From the NCBI RefSeq assembly GCF_036971445.1, contig NC_091471.1, positions 266,848,001-266,912,000 of the forward strand: 64,000 bases of DNA, read 5' to 3'. Position 1 is the first letter of the stretch. The number at the start of each line of letters is the position of its first letter. Of the stretch, positions 24,841 through 37,723 are shown in pieces. The translations under genes were made by a program, and so were the position numbers. Source of the stretch: Narcine bancroftii. Taxonomy: Eukaryota. Below the pieces are notes generated by a model that saw only the letters and a program-made list of their open reading frames with translations, had not been told where the DNA came from and did not search any database.

Positions 24841-24944
24841 CTCAAGAACAGCAGCTGAGAAAATCTCTGGGAGTGTCCGAGACACAGCAAGGTCCTCATT
24901 TTCCACCGAGATGCCAAATGCCGTCTCCAAACACTGAACTGCAA
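24841..24944 (-). CDS. SGTA: SGTA coding exon ([35 protein letters not shown])
   Basis: ccacag|TT...GAG|gtaag, 104 nt. Dimerisation-domain motif QCLETAFG. Confidence 0.95.
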
Positions 24945-25407
24945 CTGTGGTCAAGATCGATGATATATCATTAAGATATTACTTGATACATTAACCTTGC
25001 ATTTCAATCACAAATCATCTTTCATTTAATATTTCCATTGAAAAATTTGATGTTTCAATTTCCATACTTTCTTAAATTTGCCCTTTTTAAAACAATTTTT
25101 CCAAATGTATCAGGTCCATCAAATTAAAACTAATGGTATTACTTTATATAAGAACACACCAATTGCTTTAGAATAAAACTTATTTGGCTATTCAAACACA
25201 CATCAGCTGTTATCTCCTTCACACCTTGGAGTTGTATGTAGAATTTCAGTTAATACTTCCACTGACTGAGGAACTGCATGTAAACAGTCCCAAGGATATA
25301 CCAACAAATGCTTCACCACAAGGAACCACAATGAAATTAGTTCACTGGATGCAGATCTGTTCAGCTGATAAAGCAAGAATTCAAGACTGTCATGCAAAAC
25401 TAATACT

Positions 25408-25830
25408 CCATGTACTCGTGTAATATTCAACCTGCCTTTTTTTGCTCAAAAATCGCACATTTTCCATATGATCCTTGTAAAAGTCGACCCCCCTATAAAG
25501 GGTCCCGACCACCCCCACCTCGGATATTTGCCTCAGCCTCCCACCCATCCGATCTCCAGACGCCCCGACCGTGAATCCTAGTCTCAGCTGCCCGCCCAGT
25601 CGAGGTCCTAACGCCCTGACCACAGATCCTCACCCCAACCACCCGCCCATCCAAACTCTCAATGCCCCATCTGCCTGCCATCCGAGCTCCTGTTGCACTG
25701 ACCGCTGTCTGACACCCTGGCCACAGACTCTCTACTAAGTTCTGACCACCCTCCCATCCAAGATCCAAGATACCCCAAACACAGATTTGCCACCCGATCA
25801 AATACTCGACTATTATACGAGTATATACGG
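25408..25830. mobile_element. Non-autonomous Tc2/pogo-like MITE
   Basis: Imperfect TIRs tactcgtgtaatattcaac and tcgactattatacgagtatatacgg (CCGTA-type terminus). Confidence 0.55.
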
Positions 25831-25849
25831 CATTTAGCATTGTCCAAAA

Positions 25850-26600
25850 GAAATGCTGGAGGAACACAGCGAGTCAAGCAGCTTCTGTGGAGTCAAGGGT
25901 TGGTGACATTTGGATCGGGATCCTGCATCAGGACTGAGATTGCTGAGGAGGATAGCAAATCTATAGGTGAGAGGAAGGAAGGAGATTGGGGCTGGGAGGT
26001 GATAGGTGGAACCAAGTGAGGTGGGAATGATGGGCAGATGGAGCCATGTGATCTGGCGGAATAGATAAGAAATTTTTTTAAATGGCAAATGAGGCAGGTG
26101 AGATGAAGCAAGGAGAAAGGCACAGTCATTGCCTGGAAAGTGATGGGCAGAATTAGACATGGGAGGGACAGAAGCAAATAAAACAAGATGGGAGATGGGA
26201 ATTAATCTTGTAACAGATGCGGAGTGGGGATGGATGGAAAAGATGAACAAAAGGGATAGTGGATTTCAGCAGACTGGGTATGCATGAGGGGAAAAAGGAA
26301 CATGGGGTGGGGTTACTTAATATTGAAATATTCACTAATTTATCTCATTGAATTGCAGCCTACCCAGGTGGAATACAAGGTATTGTTCTTCTACTTTATG
26401 TTTGCAGAGAAGGCCAAGAGCAGGCAGGTTGGTTATGTTAATGGGAAGAGGGCAGAGTGCAGATCCGCAAACTGAGGATAGGGAAGGATTAATGAGGAAG
26501 GATGTGCATTGTGGGGAGTCATGGATAAAGTGGTCCGTGCATAAAGGGAGGGAAGATGTGATTGCTGGTGAGATCCCAATACAGTTGGAAATGTTGAATT
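25850..26600 (-). mobile_element. Degraded Penelope-like element
   Basis: Begins aaatgctggaggaacacagcgagtcaagcagc, like the terminus at 53475. A purine-rich tract and a degraded endonuclease tail follow. Confidence 0.55.
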
Positions 26601-26624
26601 TTTGTAGGACAACCCTCTGATCTC

Positions 26625-27310
26625 ATTAATTAGCCTGCTGGATCTCCTCTAGATTTCTTTCAATGTTGCTGTATCTGTTTTTAGGTAAGGGGATCAAAAC
26701 TGTCCACACTATTCTAGGTGAAGCCTTACCAACAATTGCACAAAACCTTTTACATTCCAACCCTACTCCAATAAAGGCCAAAATACCAGTTACCTTCTTA
26801 ACATCCTGTTGGACCCGTTTGCTAGCATTTTGTGATTAATACACCAAGATCTCATTGTGCTTCACTTATTTACAGTCTCTCTCCATTTAGATGACAATCT
26901 TCCTTTTGATTTCTGTTACCTAAGTGCATGACTTTATGATTCCCCCATATTAAACTCTATTTGGCAATCTTTTGTTCAGTTGATCTATATTTTGTTGCAG
27001 AATCATAGTATCCTTGTCATAACCTGTCCTTCCACAAATTTTTGCATCATCAACAAATCTGGAAACATCGCATCCCATTCCTTGCTCCGTATTATTAAAT
27101 TATCGAACAACTGTGGGCCAGGAGCGGATCCGTTTAGTACTCTTGAGCAACCCTCTTCTAGTCTGAAAATAATCCTTTATTCCAACTTTTTATTTTCTAC
27201 AACACAGCCAGTTTTCAATCCAACGAGACAAACCTTCCTCCATTTTCATGGGCTTTTAGACACCAGGTTCTGATGTGATACCTTGTCAAATGGCTTTAGA
27301 AAATCTATCA
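26625..27310 (-). mobile_element. Degraded CR1 LINE fragment
   Basis: Reverse-strand CR1 RT-like segments (ttttgcatcatcaacaaat, cacactattctaggtg, taagtgcatgacttta). Confidence 0.6.
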
Positions 27311-27378
27311 ACTCTTTCTGTTTCATTGAGATTTCTCAATTTATCCCCAAAAATGTGTCTATCCAAATAATCACTTAC

Positions 27379-27478
27379 CCTCTAAGCTTTCCTGAGCATC
27401 AGAAGACAGATCCCCAGATTGAAGCTGATCACGCAAAAACTGAATGATGGAATAGGCAAGGCGTTTATTGTCCGTCAT
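27379..27478 (-). CDS. SGTA: SGTA first coding exon (MTDNKRLAYSIIQFLRDQLQSGDLSSDAQESLE)
   Basis: ATG at 27478-27476 and donor G|gtaagt. Acceptor tatcag at 27505-27510 leaves a short 5' UTR. Matches human MDNKKRLAYAIIQFLHDQL. Confidence 0.96.
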
Positions 27479-28449
27479 TATGCTGAGGATTTCAGATCAA
27501 TGCACTGATAGAAAAAAAATTCGTCAAATTACTCAAAAATTTCATTAACAGTTTCAAATACAGTACTAACATGCTGTACCTTAGAATGACATTCAAGATT
27601 CGTAAGTATCCGAGAGTGTGACCTACAACTACATATACACAGTCTCTGTATTTTAATGTGACTCAATGCAATTTTTCAGTTTAAGCAGGATACTTTCAGC
27701 TTTGATCTCCGATTTATTCTGAGCATTCAATGTACCAAGCTAGAATGACCTGAACTCAACAAGTCAATATAGGTTATGCAATAAGAATTCACTTTATTCT
27801 GTTCATTTTGCAAATACCTCCCAAATATCACACACTTTGTTTAATGTTCTGCACATAAAAATGTGAAGGCTCCCAAGAATCACATTAGATAGATGATACC
27901 AGAACTATAATATCTCTGCAACTTGGAGATAGTTCATCAGGTAGGTGTTTCAAGTATGATAACAGGAAATATATTTTCGGCCTTTTCTTCAAATCCATCA
28001 TCCTCATTTTTGTCTGAAATTGGAAAGATCAAGGCACTTTCTATGCATGGTTTGGTTTCATGGTGGAGTATTTCCCTGGAGATGCAATTTCCAACTTATT
28101 TGAATGCATAAATTGGATACACATGTACAGAGAATAGGGAAGTTATGGGTCAAATGCCCCCAGATGTTGTCATCTTCCACCCTAAATTAGCAAATAAAGA
28201 CCAGGCAACAAAATCCATTATTCCTGCTGACATTTTAGATCGAAGAATATCAATCATTAAAAACTATTTTCTGCCATCAGAAAATCCATTGATTGGTTGA
28301 AAACCATAGCAATTCCATTTTGAATAGAGTACTAAACAAAATATTGCAGAAGCTGAAAAACTGAAATAAAACAGAAAATGTTATAAATATTCAGTAGAAA
28401 AGCAGCATCTATTGAGACAAACAGTTATTATCTTAGGCTAGAAAACATT

Positions 28450-30300
28450 TAGCAATCATCAAGGCGAGATAAGAATAGAACAAGTCTTTTGTGCTGGACC
28501 ATGTTGAGATTAAGAAAGAGAAAGTTTTGGATATTCTTCAAACTGTTAGGATTAATAAATTCCCAGGACCAGATGAGATATACCCAAGGTTGCTATGGGA
28601 AAGGGGGGTGTAAAAGGTGGGAAGAGATTGCTGAGGCAATGACAATGATCTTTGCATCCTCCTTGGCCACAGGGAGTTGCCAGAGGATTGGAGAATGCCA
28701 AATGTGGTCCCCTTGTTTAAAAAAAGGTAATAGGGAGAATTACCTGGGGAGTCTTTCGTCAATGGTTGCAAACTATTAGAAAGTATTCTTAATGACAGAA
28801 TTTATGAGCATTTAGAAAAGTAGTCTGCTCAGGGAGAGTTAGCATGGTTTTTTTGAGTGGAAGGTTGTGCCTCATGAGCCTAAATGAAATTTTGAGGCTG
28901 AAAAAAAAAATTAATGAAGGAAGGGCAGTAGATGCAATGTTCATGGATTTTAGTAAGGCATTTAACAAGGTACCCATTCAGAAAGTCATGAGGCATGGGA
29001 CCTACAGAACCATGGCCATGTGGATTCAGAATTGGCTTGCTTATAGAAAGCAGAAAGTAGAGGTGGACAGAAAGTATTCTGTCTGAAGGTCAGTGGAGAT
29101 CCACAGGGATCTGTTCTGGGGCCTATGCTCTTGTGCTTTTTATAAATGACCTGGACTAAGTAGAGGGATGGCTCAGTAAGTCTGAGAATGATAGAAAGGT
29201 TGGGGGTGTTGTGGATAGTGTTAAAATTTGTTGTAGGTTAAAACAAGATATAGACAAGAAGTGGAGTTGAACAGAAAAGTGGTAAATGGAGTTCAATCTG
29301 GGCAAGTGTGAGGTGATGCATTTTAGTAAAGGCAAACTTAAAGAAAGAGTGCATAGTTACTGGTTGGATACTTAACAGTATGGAAGAAGATAGGGACCTT
29401 GGAGTCAAATTCATACATCTCTCAAGGTTGCCGCACAGGTTGATAGGATAGTTAAGAAGGCTTATTTTATGTTTGGTTTCATTAATCGGGGATTGTGTTC
29501 AGGAGCCGTAAGGCAATATTGCAGCTCTATAAAACTCTGGTGAGATCAGACTTAGAATATTGTCTTCAGTTCTGGTCACCTCATTACAGGAAAGATGTGG
29601 AAGCCCTGAGGCCCTCTCATGCCAGGCCTCCAGTGGAGGCCGGCTACAAGCACAGAAGGAAAACATAAAACTCATCTTTCTTGGAGCAGCCCTAAAAGGC
29701 TGCTCCTGTTCTGCATTCATATCGAGCGATGCCTCATAGAGCCCTCTGGATCCGATGGAGGTGGGGCAACTGGTGCCGTAGCACGACCTGTCATAAATGC
29801 ATGGCAGATCAATGGTCATCTTCCTTACCCATAATCTCCCAAGCAGCTGGAACCACTGTATTTCACAGAACAGTTCCAGCTGTGGGTGATTATGGGTAGG
29901 GTTGCCGCATTTTGAGCTGCAGAGAGTGGTTAGAAGAGCTAGGGTTTTTCTCTTTGGAGTGAAGAAGGATGAGAGGTTACTTAATAGATACAGTATGTAC
30001 AAGATTATGAGGTAGACAGCCAGCACCTTATTCACCAGGACAGGAGTAGCTAACTCTAGAGGACATCTGTACAAAATGAAGGGTGGAAAGTTTAGGGGAG
30101 ACATCAGCGGCAAGTTTTAAAAAATAAATACACAGAATTGTGGAATGCATTGCCAGAGGCATTTAAGAGACTCAGAAAAGCACATGGATAAAAGACAAAT
30201 AGAGGGTTATGAAATAGTAAGGGCTATTTTTTTGGGTAGATATATATAGTTCAGCTCAACATCAGGGTCAAGGACCTGTACTGTGCCATAATGTTCTAGG
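28450..30300 (+). mobile_element. CR1 LINE (degraded), interrupted by a ~310-bp insert
   Basis: VDAMFMDFSKAFNKVP, WIQNWL and GSVLGP motifs, plus a CR1-type 3' end. Confidence 0.85.
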
Positions 30301-30519
30301 TTCCCTTGTCCAAGTATTTCTATCACTTCCATTTATACAAAGCAAAGCCTGATCATCAAGAAGGTTTAAATTTTAGGTTTGAGAATAATTGAATATAATG
30401 GAGACAATCAAATAGTCTCCTCATCACACTATAAGAGAAATGTAATAACACTGGAGGCAATGCAGAGAAAGTTCAGCAGGATGTTGCTTGGCAAGCAATT
30501 CAATTTGAGAAGGTTAAAC

Positions 30520-30810
30520 ATAAAATAAACATAGAACATAAGAGTATAGTAAAGGCCCTTCAGACCTTAATGTTGTGCCATCCTGTATTCCTACCAAAAA
30601 AGGTTCAAAACCCTTCCTATCTTGTCACCCTCATTTGCCTTAAATCCTTGTGCCTGATTCAGTGTCTTTTAAATGCCCCTAATATTTCAGCCTCCACCAC
30701 CATCCCTGGCAAGGTATTCCAGGCACCCACAACTCTTTTTAAAAAAAAAAAATCCTGGATGTCTTCCCTAAACTTTCTTCCCTTCATTTTATACAGATGC
30801 CAAAAGGGAC
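30520..30810 (-). mobile_element. CR1 3' end fragment
   Basis: catagaacat-type tail and similarity to 39020-39300. Confidence 0.65.
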
Positions 30811-31973
30811 ATGATTGAGGGAGATAAAAGTCTGATGGGTATAGGTAAGGTAGACTGTAGGAACTGCAGTCCTAAAATAGGTAGATAAAAGTGAAAGACC
30901 TAAATTTAGGGTGTGAGAGGCAAGAGATGGAGGGATGTCAAAGGGTCCATTTTGACCCAGAGAGTGGAGAGTACCTGGAGAGGATTGCCCAGGAGAGTGG
31001 TGAAAGCAGAATTGCTGACAGCCAAGGTTAAAAAAAAAATAAAAATCCAATGGGACTATAATAAAAGATTAATAAAGGATGGGTGAACATTCTGCATAAC
31101 AGAAGTGGGCTGAATGCCCTGTTTCTGTGCTGGACAATCCTAAAAATAACTTAAATCAAGGTGTCTTGCTGCAGCACAGAATATACTGCACAGGAATAGG
31201 CAACTCCCCCACACTGGTCCACACCAATGTTTCTGCTCCATCAGCTTCTTCCTTGTTAACCCAACCATCACAGCAGAACTATTGTTTTATCCAAAATTTA
31301 TTAACTGCATCAATAACTTTTACCTCAAATACAGAAATACCCTGTGATGATGAATTCCACATTTCTCCCATGTTGAACTCCGAATGTAAAGTTTAGCTGA
31401 GATACAAATAACGACATAGTCACAATCTCTTCTCACTTTTACCTTCAGGTAAAAGATACAGAAGCCTGAGTTCCAACACCTTTGGATTCAAAAGCAGTCT
31501 TTCTTCCTTTCTTCACCCCCCCCCCCCCCCCGCCACCCACCCCAAGCTAACAGACTCGAACCTCCACCAAAATATTCTAATCATAAACTATTCCCAGTCT
31601 GCACTATTAAAACATCACTTTTTTAAAAAATAAATTAACATTAACTGCAACTCTGATTATGTGTTTATCTATTCATTTATATTGATCATTTTTTGTGTAA
31701 TGGTGCTAGTTAATTTGCTGGTGTATCTTATGTACTTGTGTGGCTTGCAGTTACTGAGAATTTTGGTGCATCTGTACATGACAAACTCGCATTACAAATC
31801 AGTACAATTATGAATTAAAGTTTATTCTGAATCAGTCATAAAGACACCCTTTTTTTTTAAATATACCCCATCCTTCAAAGAAATAAATACTATATTTGCC
31901 ATTAAAGTTCAAAGCACTCCTATTTCTTTTTATTTAAAAAGCGCAGCACTTTTAATACATTGTGATATTGAAG

Positions 31974-32042
31974 ATTTTATTATGTACATTTTTGAAAAAA
32001 GTCAAAAATTTTATTATGTACATTTTTGAAAAAAGTCAAAAA
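31974..32042. repeat. Two-copy ~34-bp tandem duplication
   Basis: attttattatgtacatttttgaaaaaagtcaaaa occurs twice in a row. Confidence 0.9.
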
Positions 32043-32149
32043 TAAAATATTCAAAAAAGCACAGCACTTTTCTTTGGAACAGCTTTATATACATTTAGGT
32101 ATGCATCCATGGGATCTATGGTTCCCAGCAAAACAGGAGATGAAGTTAG

Positions 32150-32385
32150 AAGGGACGACAGGGTTAGCATACCGGTTAGTACAGTGCTATTACATTGCCA
32201 GCAATGGAGGTTCAAATCCAGTACTGCCTGTAAGGAGCTTTTACATTCTCCCCGTGTCTGCGTAGGTTTCCTCCAGGTGCTCCGGTTTCCTCCCATTATT
32301 CAAAATGTGCCAGGGTTGTAGGTTAATTGGACAGCACGGACTTGTGGACCAAAAGGGCCGGTTACCACGCTGTATGTATATCTAA
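32150..32385 (+). mobile_element. V-SINE/HE1-like SINE
   Basis: ggttcaaatcc B-box, ttctccccgtgtctgcgtaggtttcctccaggtgctccggtttcctccca core, and family tail. Confidence 0.75.
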
Positions 32386-32499
32386 ATCTGCAACTCTGCC
32401 CCAGAAAGGGATATTGTATGTATCCAAAATATTACACCATTTAACCTTAATGATGATGACAGAATAATTATTTCTAAGTCTTCTGTTTGAAAGACCATA

Positions 32500-33150
32500 G
32501 TCTGTCTGGGCTGGCAGCAAAACCTCTCGCCCTCCCATACTAGTCACCGGTATACCTCAGGGCTGTCTGCACATCCCGCTACTGTTTATGCTGCTAACTC
32601 ATGACCGTAATGCCAGGTTCAGTTCCGAAAGTACCATCAAGTGGGTGGATTCAGCTTACAGGGCAGTTGATTGGCTTGTAAAGTGGTACAAGAGCAAGAC
32701 CCCGAGTATCAACATAGACAACATTAACGAGATGACTGCGGAAAAAGGACTTCTCCTCACTATATATATCAATGACTCTGTCAAAGAGAGAATGGGAAGC
32801 ACAAAGTTCATTACCATCCACTTCACAGCACCCACACTTAGCCAGGAAGGGGCAGAGCACCCACACTTCTTCAGGACGTTGAGGAGAGCAAGGTTTCCAG
32901 CCATCATCCAAACAACATTCTACCTCAATACAATAAAGAGTGCCCTGGGTGGCAACATCATAACGTGGCACAGTAGCTGCAAAGCATCAGAGGTCACTAC
33001 GGAGGGTGATTAAAACTGCTGAGAAGATCACTGGGATCTCCCCACATCTATAGGGAGTGGTACTTAAAGAGCTCTCAGAGAATTATTGAGGACCCCGACG
33101 ATCCAGCTCACATTATTTTTGAGATACTACCTTCAAGGAAGTACAGGACA
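32500..33150 (+). mobile_element. Old Rex1-like LINE fragment
   Basis: ggtatacctcagggctgt...cccgctactgttt (GxPQGC..PLLF), with downstream similarity to 12720-14180. Confidence 0.5.
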
Positions 33151-34329
33151 ACAAACTCATAATTGTAACATGAGATTTCTATATCAGGGGTTTTCTACAC
33201 CATTTAGTGGATCATGATGGGTCTGATCTGCCATACAGGCCCTTACCTGCTATTATTTGGGCTGCCTGAGAAGAGCTAGGTCAATAGAAACTCAGGGAAA
33301 TCATTTGACATAATATATCATCAGCTCTCCTCAAATGCTGCTTGAACTGTTTGGTATTTCCAGCATTTTCTGGGTTTTTTTTTAAAAAGTTCAGTCCACT
33401 TGTTTCTTGGTAAAGGAATTCTGCATGATCTCATTTGTTTGGGATTGTCATTTCATCTTAAAATGTCCAGAATTTTATAATAGTAAAAACAGATTAAAAT
33501 AAGTGGATATTGCAAAGGGACACAAAAATAAGTCACCATCCTGATATCCCATATTTATGAATACTGCAATACATTTTGATTTAGACAAAGTAGGAATCAA
33601 AATACACTGAGCCTTTGCAAAACAAAGACAAGCAATTAAAAGTATGGTGAATTATAAAGAAATGTTCATGCAAATTCAATAAAAAGCTCAAATTATTGTA
33701 GTGACTACAAAAAGTATTCAAATGCACTATGCAAGTATAGAACTACCAAATAAGACTATTGGAAATACAGAACTCCTCTTGAGCTTGTCCCCCATTCAAA
33801 AAGGTCATGGCTGATCCAAATTGAGTTGCATAACAGTCTAGAAAAATCTTTGGAATAGCAGGAACAGGTCATGCTGCTGCTCAAGGCATTCAATAAGATC
33901 ATCCTCAATCTGGAGATTTTTTTTGTCCTTCCTCATCTCAACCTTCAAATAACCTTCAAAAACAAATCATTAATATATTCAAGATTATGGCATTCAGATT
34001 CCTCTGAGATAGAGGATTTCAAGATATCATAACTTGTTGATAAACAATGGGAATAAAATGGAATTCTGGAAATACTGGACAGACTAGGCAACAACGTGGT
34101 TTCAGGTTGATGAGAACTGGTAGAATAAGGATTTAAATATCATTAGATAGGGCCTGGCAAAAGTTGACTGGTTGTAGCCATTTGCAGGTAGGTCCACATT
34201 GAAGAAACCATGGATGGCAAAGGATATTGAAGATTTTAAATCAGGGAAATCATAGTTAAAGCAATTAGAATCAAGATTGTCCAAGATTGTAAAGTGTGTA
34301 GGAGAGTACGCAAAGAAATCTGAAGATTT

Positions 34330-35980
34330 TAATGTCCTCGGCAAAAAGGATTAAAGAGAAGGCAAAGACATTTCAGAAGTATATCAAAAACAAAAGAGTG
34401 GTCAGGAAACATTGCCCAAACATTTGGGCCAAAATGGTGATCCATGTATATGGGCAAAGTCACAAATTAATATTTTTAATCTTTATTTACTAAGGAGAAG
34501 GATTTGGAATCTAGTTAATTCAGGGAGGGATATATACATAATCTGGAGCAAGTCAGTACTGAGGAGGTGTTGATGTCACAGGCTGATAAATCCCAAGGGA
34601 CAAAGAACTTTGAGATCAATCCTAAATTGCTACTGGAAGCAAGGGAGGAAATAGTGAGTGCCTGATGGAGAATTTTGCAATTTTGTTAGTCACAGATGAA
34701 ACACCAGTTGAGAATAATTAACATTGTTCCCTTATTTAAGGATAAGTAGATATAAGCCAGGCTTCTACAGGTTGTTGAGTCTAATGTCAGTGGTAAAAAA
34801 ATTATTGAAGCAAGTCCTCAGGATAGAATTTTGACAAATTTTTTGAAGTAATAACCAAGAAGACAATGAAGCCAGAGCAGTACATGTTGCCTTTATAGAT
34901 TTTAGTGAGGCATTCAGCAAGGTCCTGTCTGAAAAGGCTGATCCAAAAAGTGAAGGCGAATGGGATCCAAGGCGAGCTAGCTAATTGGATCAAAATTGAC
35001 TTGTAGTTGGAGGCAGAGGAGCACACTAGAAGGATTTTTTTTTCTGATTGGACCAGTGTGTATTGTGGAGATCAGTGCTGGAATTTTTATTGTTTGTGAT
35101 ACATGTTAATGGCTTGGATGCACATGTAGCAGGTACAATTAGTACATTTGTGGATAACATGAAAGTTAGTAATGTTGTCAAGAGGAATGTCTAAGGCTAC
35201 AGCAGGATATAGATCAAATAATAAGTTGGGTGAAACATTGGCAGATGAAATTTAATTCTGACAAATGCAAGGTGATACATTGTAGAAAGTCAAACAGGAT
35301 ATATACAGTAAATGATTGTGAAACAAGAAATGTTGATGAACAGTGGGACTTTGGGGGTTCATAATTTCTTAAAAGTAGCAATATAGATAAATGGGGTAAT
35401 GAAGAAGGCATATGCTTTTCTTCCTAGACTGGGGCATAGAATATAAAAATGATGACACTGTATTCCAAATTTACAAAACACTGGTAACATCCCACTTAAA
35501 TTATTGTTTGCAGTACTGGTTGTCACTGTGGTTGCACTGGAGGGAATGCAGAGGAGGTTCACCAGGATATTGTGAAGGATGGAGCATTTCAATTATGTGG
35601 AAAAACTAGGTTTATTTCATTCGAGCCTAGAGGCGGAACCGGATTCTGGTAAACAAAATTATGAGGAGCTTGGATTGATAATGAGGAACCTTTCTCTGTG
35701 GCAGAGGCATCCAGAACCAAAGGTTATTGGCATGTCAGGGTAGACTCAAAGGGGATCAGAGGAAATTTTTTTTTACATGAAGGGTGATTGCTGTCTGGAA
35801 AAAAAAAAGCCTCTCAGGGTAGTCAAGACAGACTCTTTTGATATTTAACTAATTAGATGAGTCATTGAATTGTCAGGACATAGAAGGCTATGGGCCAAAT
35901 GCTGGAAAAGGAGATTAGTAGAGATGGGTAGCTGATTAACAAAGACTCATTGGCTGAAGAGCGTTTTCTTGTGCTGCATG
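34330..35980 (+). mobile_element. Old CR1 LINE
   Basis: Degraded RT segments (gataaatcccaaggga, gattttagtgaggcattc, tttgtggataacatgaaa, tgcagaggaggttcaccagg) and a CR1-like 3' end. Confidence 0.75.
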
Positions 35981-37410
35981 AAGATATTGCAGCATAATGT
36001 TTGCACAATTTATCCAATGAACAGATTGGACTTTATTGAAAGTGCAAGAGGTCTTAGACAAGTGATCAGACTGGAAGAAGAAAGACAATTAAAGAGTCAG
36101 ATAACTGGTAACACAATTATTTTGAACAAATATATTACATAAAGCAGTTGCAGCCCACAAACTCAATACTGAATTTAACAATTTCAGATTCAATTTTTGT
36201 TCCCCAGTTTGTGTCACAAGGGACCAGATCTGTTGAAAGATCAACCTCTACCATTAACTCCATTTTCCTTCCTCCACAGATGCATCTTAACATGCCCAGT
36301 CTTATCAGTATTACATCTTGTTTTACATTTCAGGCAACAGTACACTTAGTCTTCTCATTATTTCAGCACTCTTATTCTTCCTCCTCCACCGGTTTTCATT
36401 TCTTTCTCCACAATGATCAGCTGCAAATAACCATCTGCTCTATGCTGGTATTCCCACCATTTGTAATTCAACTCATTTCATTTCCTGACTTTTTAAAATG
36501 TCCCTTTTGTTCTCTCCATCCCTCCTACATTTTCTAAACATCAAGCTTTTTTTTAAATAAAAAAAACCTTTTCCTAATTTCCAGTTGCTCTCTCCAGAGA
36601 TGCTGCCTAATCCACGGAGTGTTCTGCTTTCTCTTAATAATAGGCAACATTTGGTTTTGCTTTTCAATTTTTTCGTATACAACAGACTTGTATAATGTAA
36701 CATTTAAAAAAAATGTTACATCACCTCAATCTAGCAAGTTAACCAGACTAGTAATGCAAGTTGTCAGCAAATGTTTAATACCATGTCTCAAGTTCAAAGA
36801 TTTTCATTTTGCCAAATAACTAAATATGCAATCATGTCGCCATTTCATTCAATTCTGAAAGGTGGCAAATATTTCCAGCACTTTCTATTTATTTTCAAAT
36901 GTCAAAAATCCTTTTAAAACTGGATGCACTTGAAAGGAAACGTTTTCTTAATTCCCTGGATTTCATGCCTACGGAACTATGGTAATAAGTGGGGAAAGCC
37001 AGTGAGCATAATCTATAACATCCAATGAAGAGTCCTTATGCTGATGTGAAACTAAAACACCAATAATTCAACAGATTGATGCTAAATATGAAACCCAATA
37101 CCCCAATGTACTCCAGAATTATTAAATTTCACCCCTACTTTTTGAAGATCCGTTAGGGTTACGGCTGTCACAGGCATCAGCAAAGTACGTGCCAGTTATA
37201 ACAGTATGGAATAGGCAACATCAGCGCAGAACATTCCAGTTTCGGCCTAGTACTCTCTTTAGCCTCCTCACTTGCAAGTACCAACATGGCCATAGGGAAA
37301 CAACCCTCCTCATAACATCCAAACCGTAACACCAGCATGCGGTAGGGCCTTTCCTGGAGGCACACAACTCGACTCGAGCGTCCATTATAAGCCTACTCCC
37401 TTAAACTCAC

Positions 37411-37497
37411 CTTTTCTTCCTGACACTTACCAGCACGGACACCTCTCTCAACGAAACAGCCCCTCTCTGCGCAAGTGCCGCACGTCCAGATTCTCAA
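37411..37497 (-). other. SGTA: Probable SGTA non-coding exon 1 with two alternative donors
   Basis: Minus-strand donors CTG|GTAAGT (exon end 37431) and AAG|GTGAGT (exon end 37411) lie directly downstream of the CpG-rich motif array. The TSS position is inferred. Confidence 0.6.
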
Positions 37498-37723
37498 GCG
37501 CATGCGTCGGGTTCACGCTCGGCTGCCAGGGAGGCGCATGCGTCGGATTCACGCTCGGCTGCCAGGGAGGCGCATGCGTCGGATTCACGCTCGGCTGCCA
37601 GGGAGGCGCATGCGTCGGATTCACGCTCGGCTGCCAGGGAGGCGCATGCGTCGGATTCACGCTCGGCTGCCAGGGAAGCGCATGCGTCGGATTCATGTTC
37701 GGCTGCCAGAGAGGCGCATGCGC
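37498..37723. promoter_or_regulatory. 36-bp minisatellite (6 units plus a final core) of NRF1-type motifs in the SGTA/THOP1 promoter CpG island
   Basis: GCGCATGCG starts at 37498, 37534, 37570, 37606, 37642, 37678 and 37714; the last copy is the full GCGCATGCGC. E-box CACGTG at about 37753. Confidence 0.85.

Noticed and set aside
29499-30113. 204-aa minus-strand ORF
   Set aside because: Chimera of antisense CR1 and the structured insert, with no recognisable domain or splice context.
37498-37723. CRISPR-like array of 36-bp repeats
   Set aside because: The units are head-to-tail with no unique spacers, there are no cas genes, and the context is eukaryotic.
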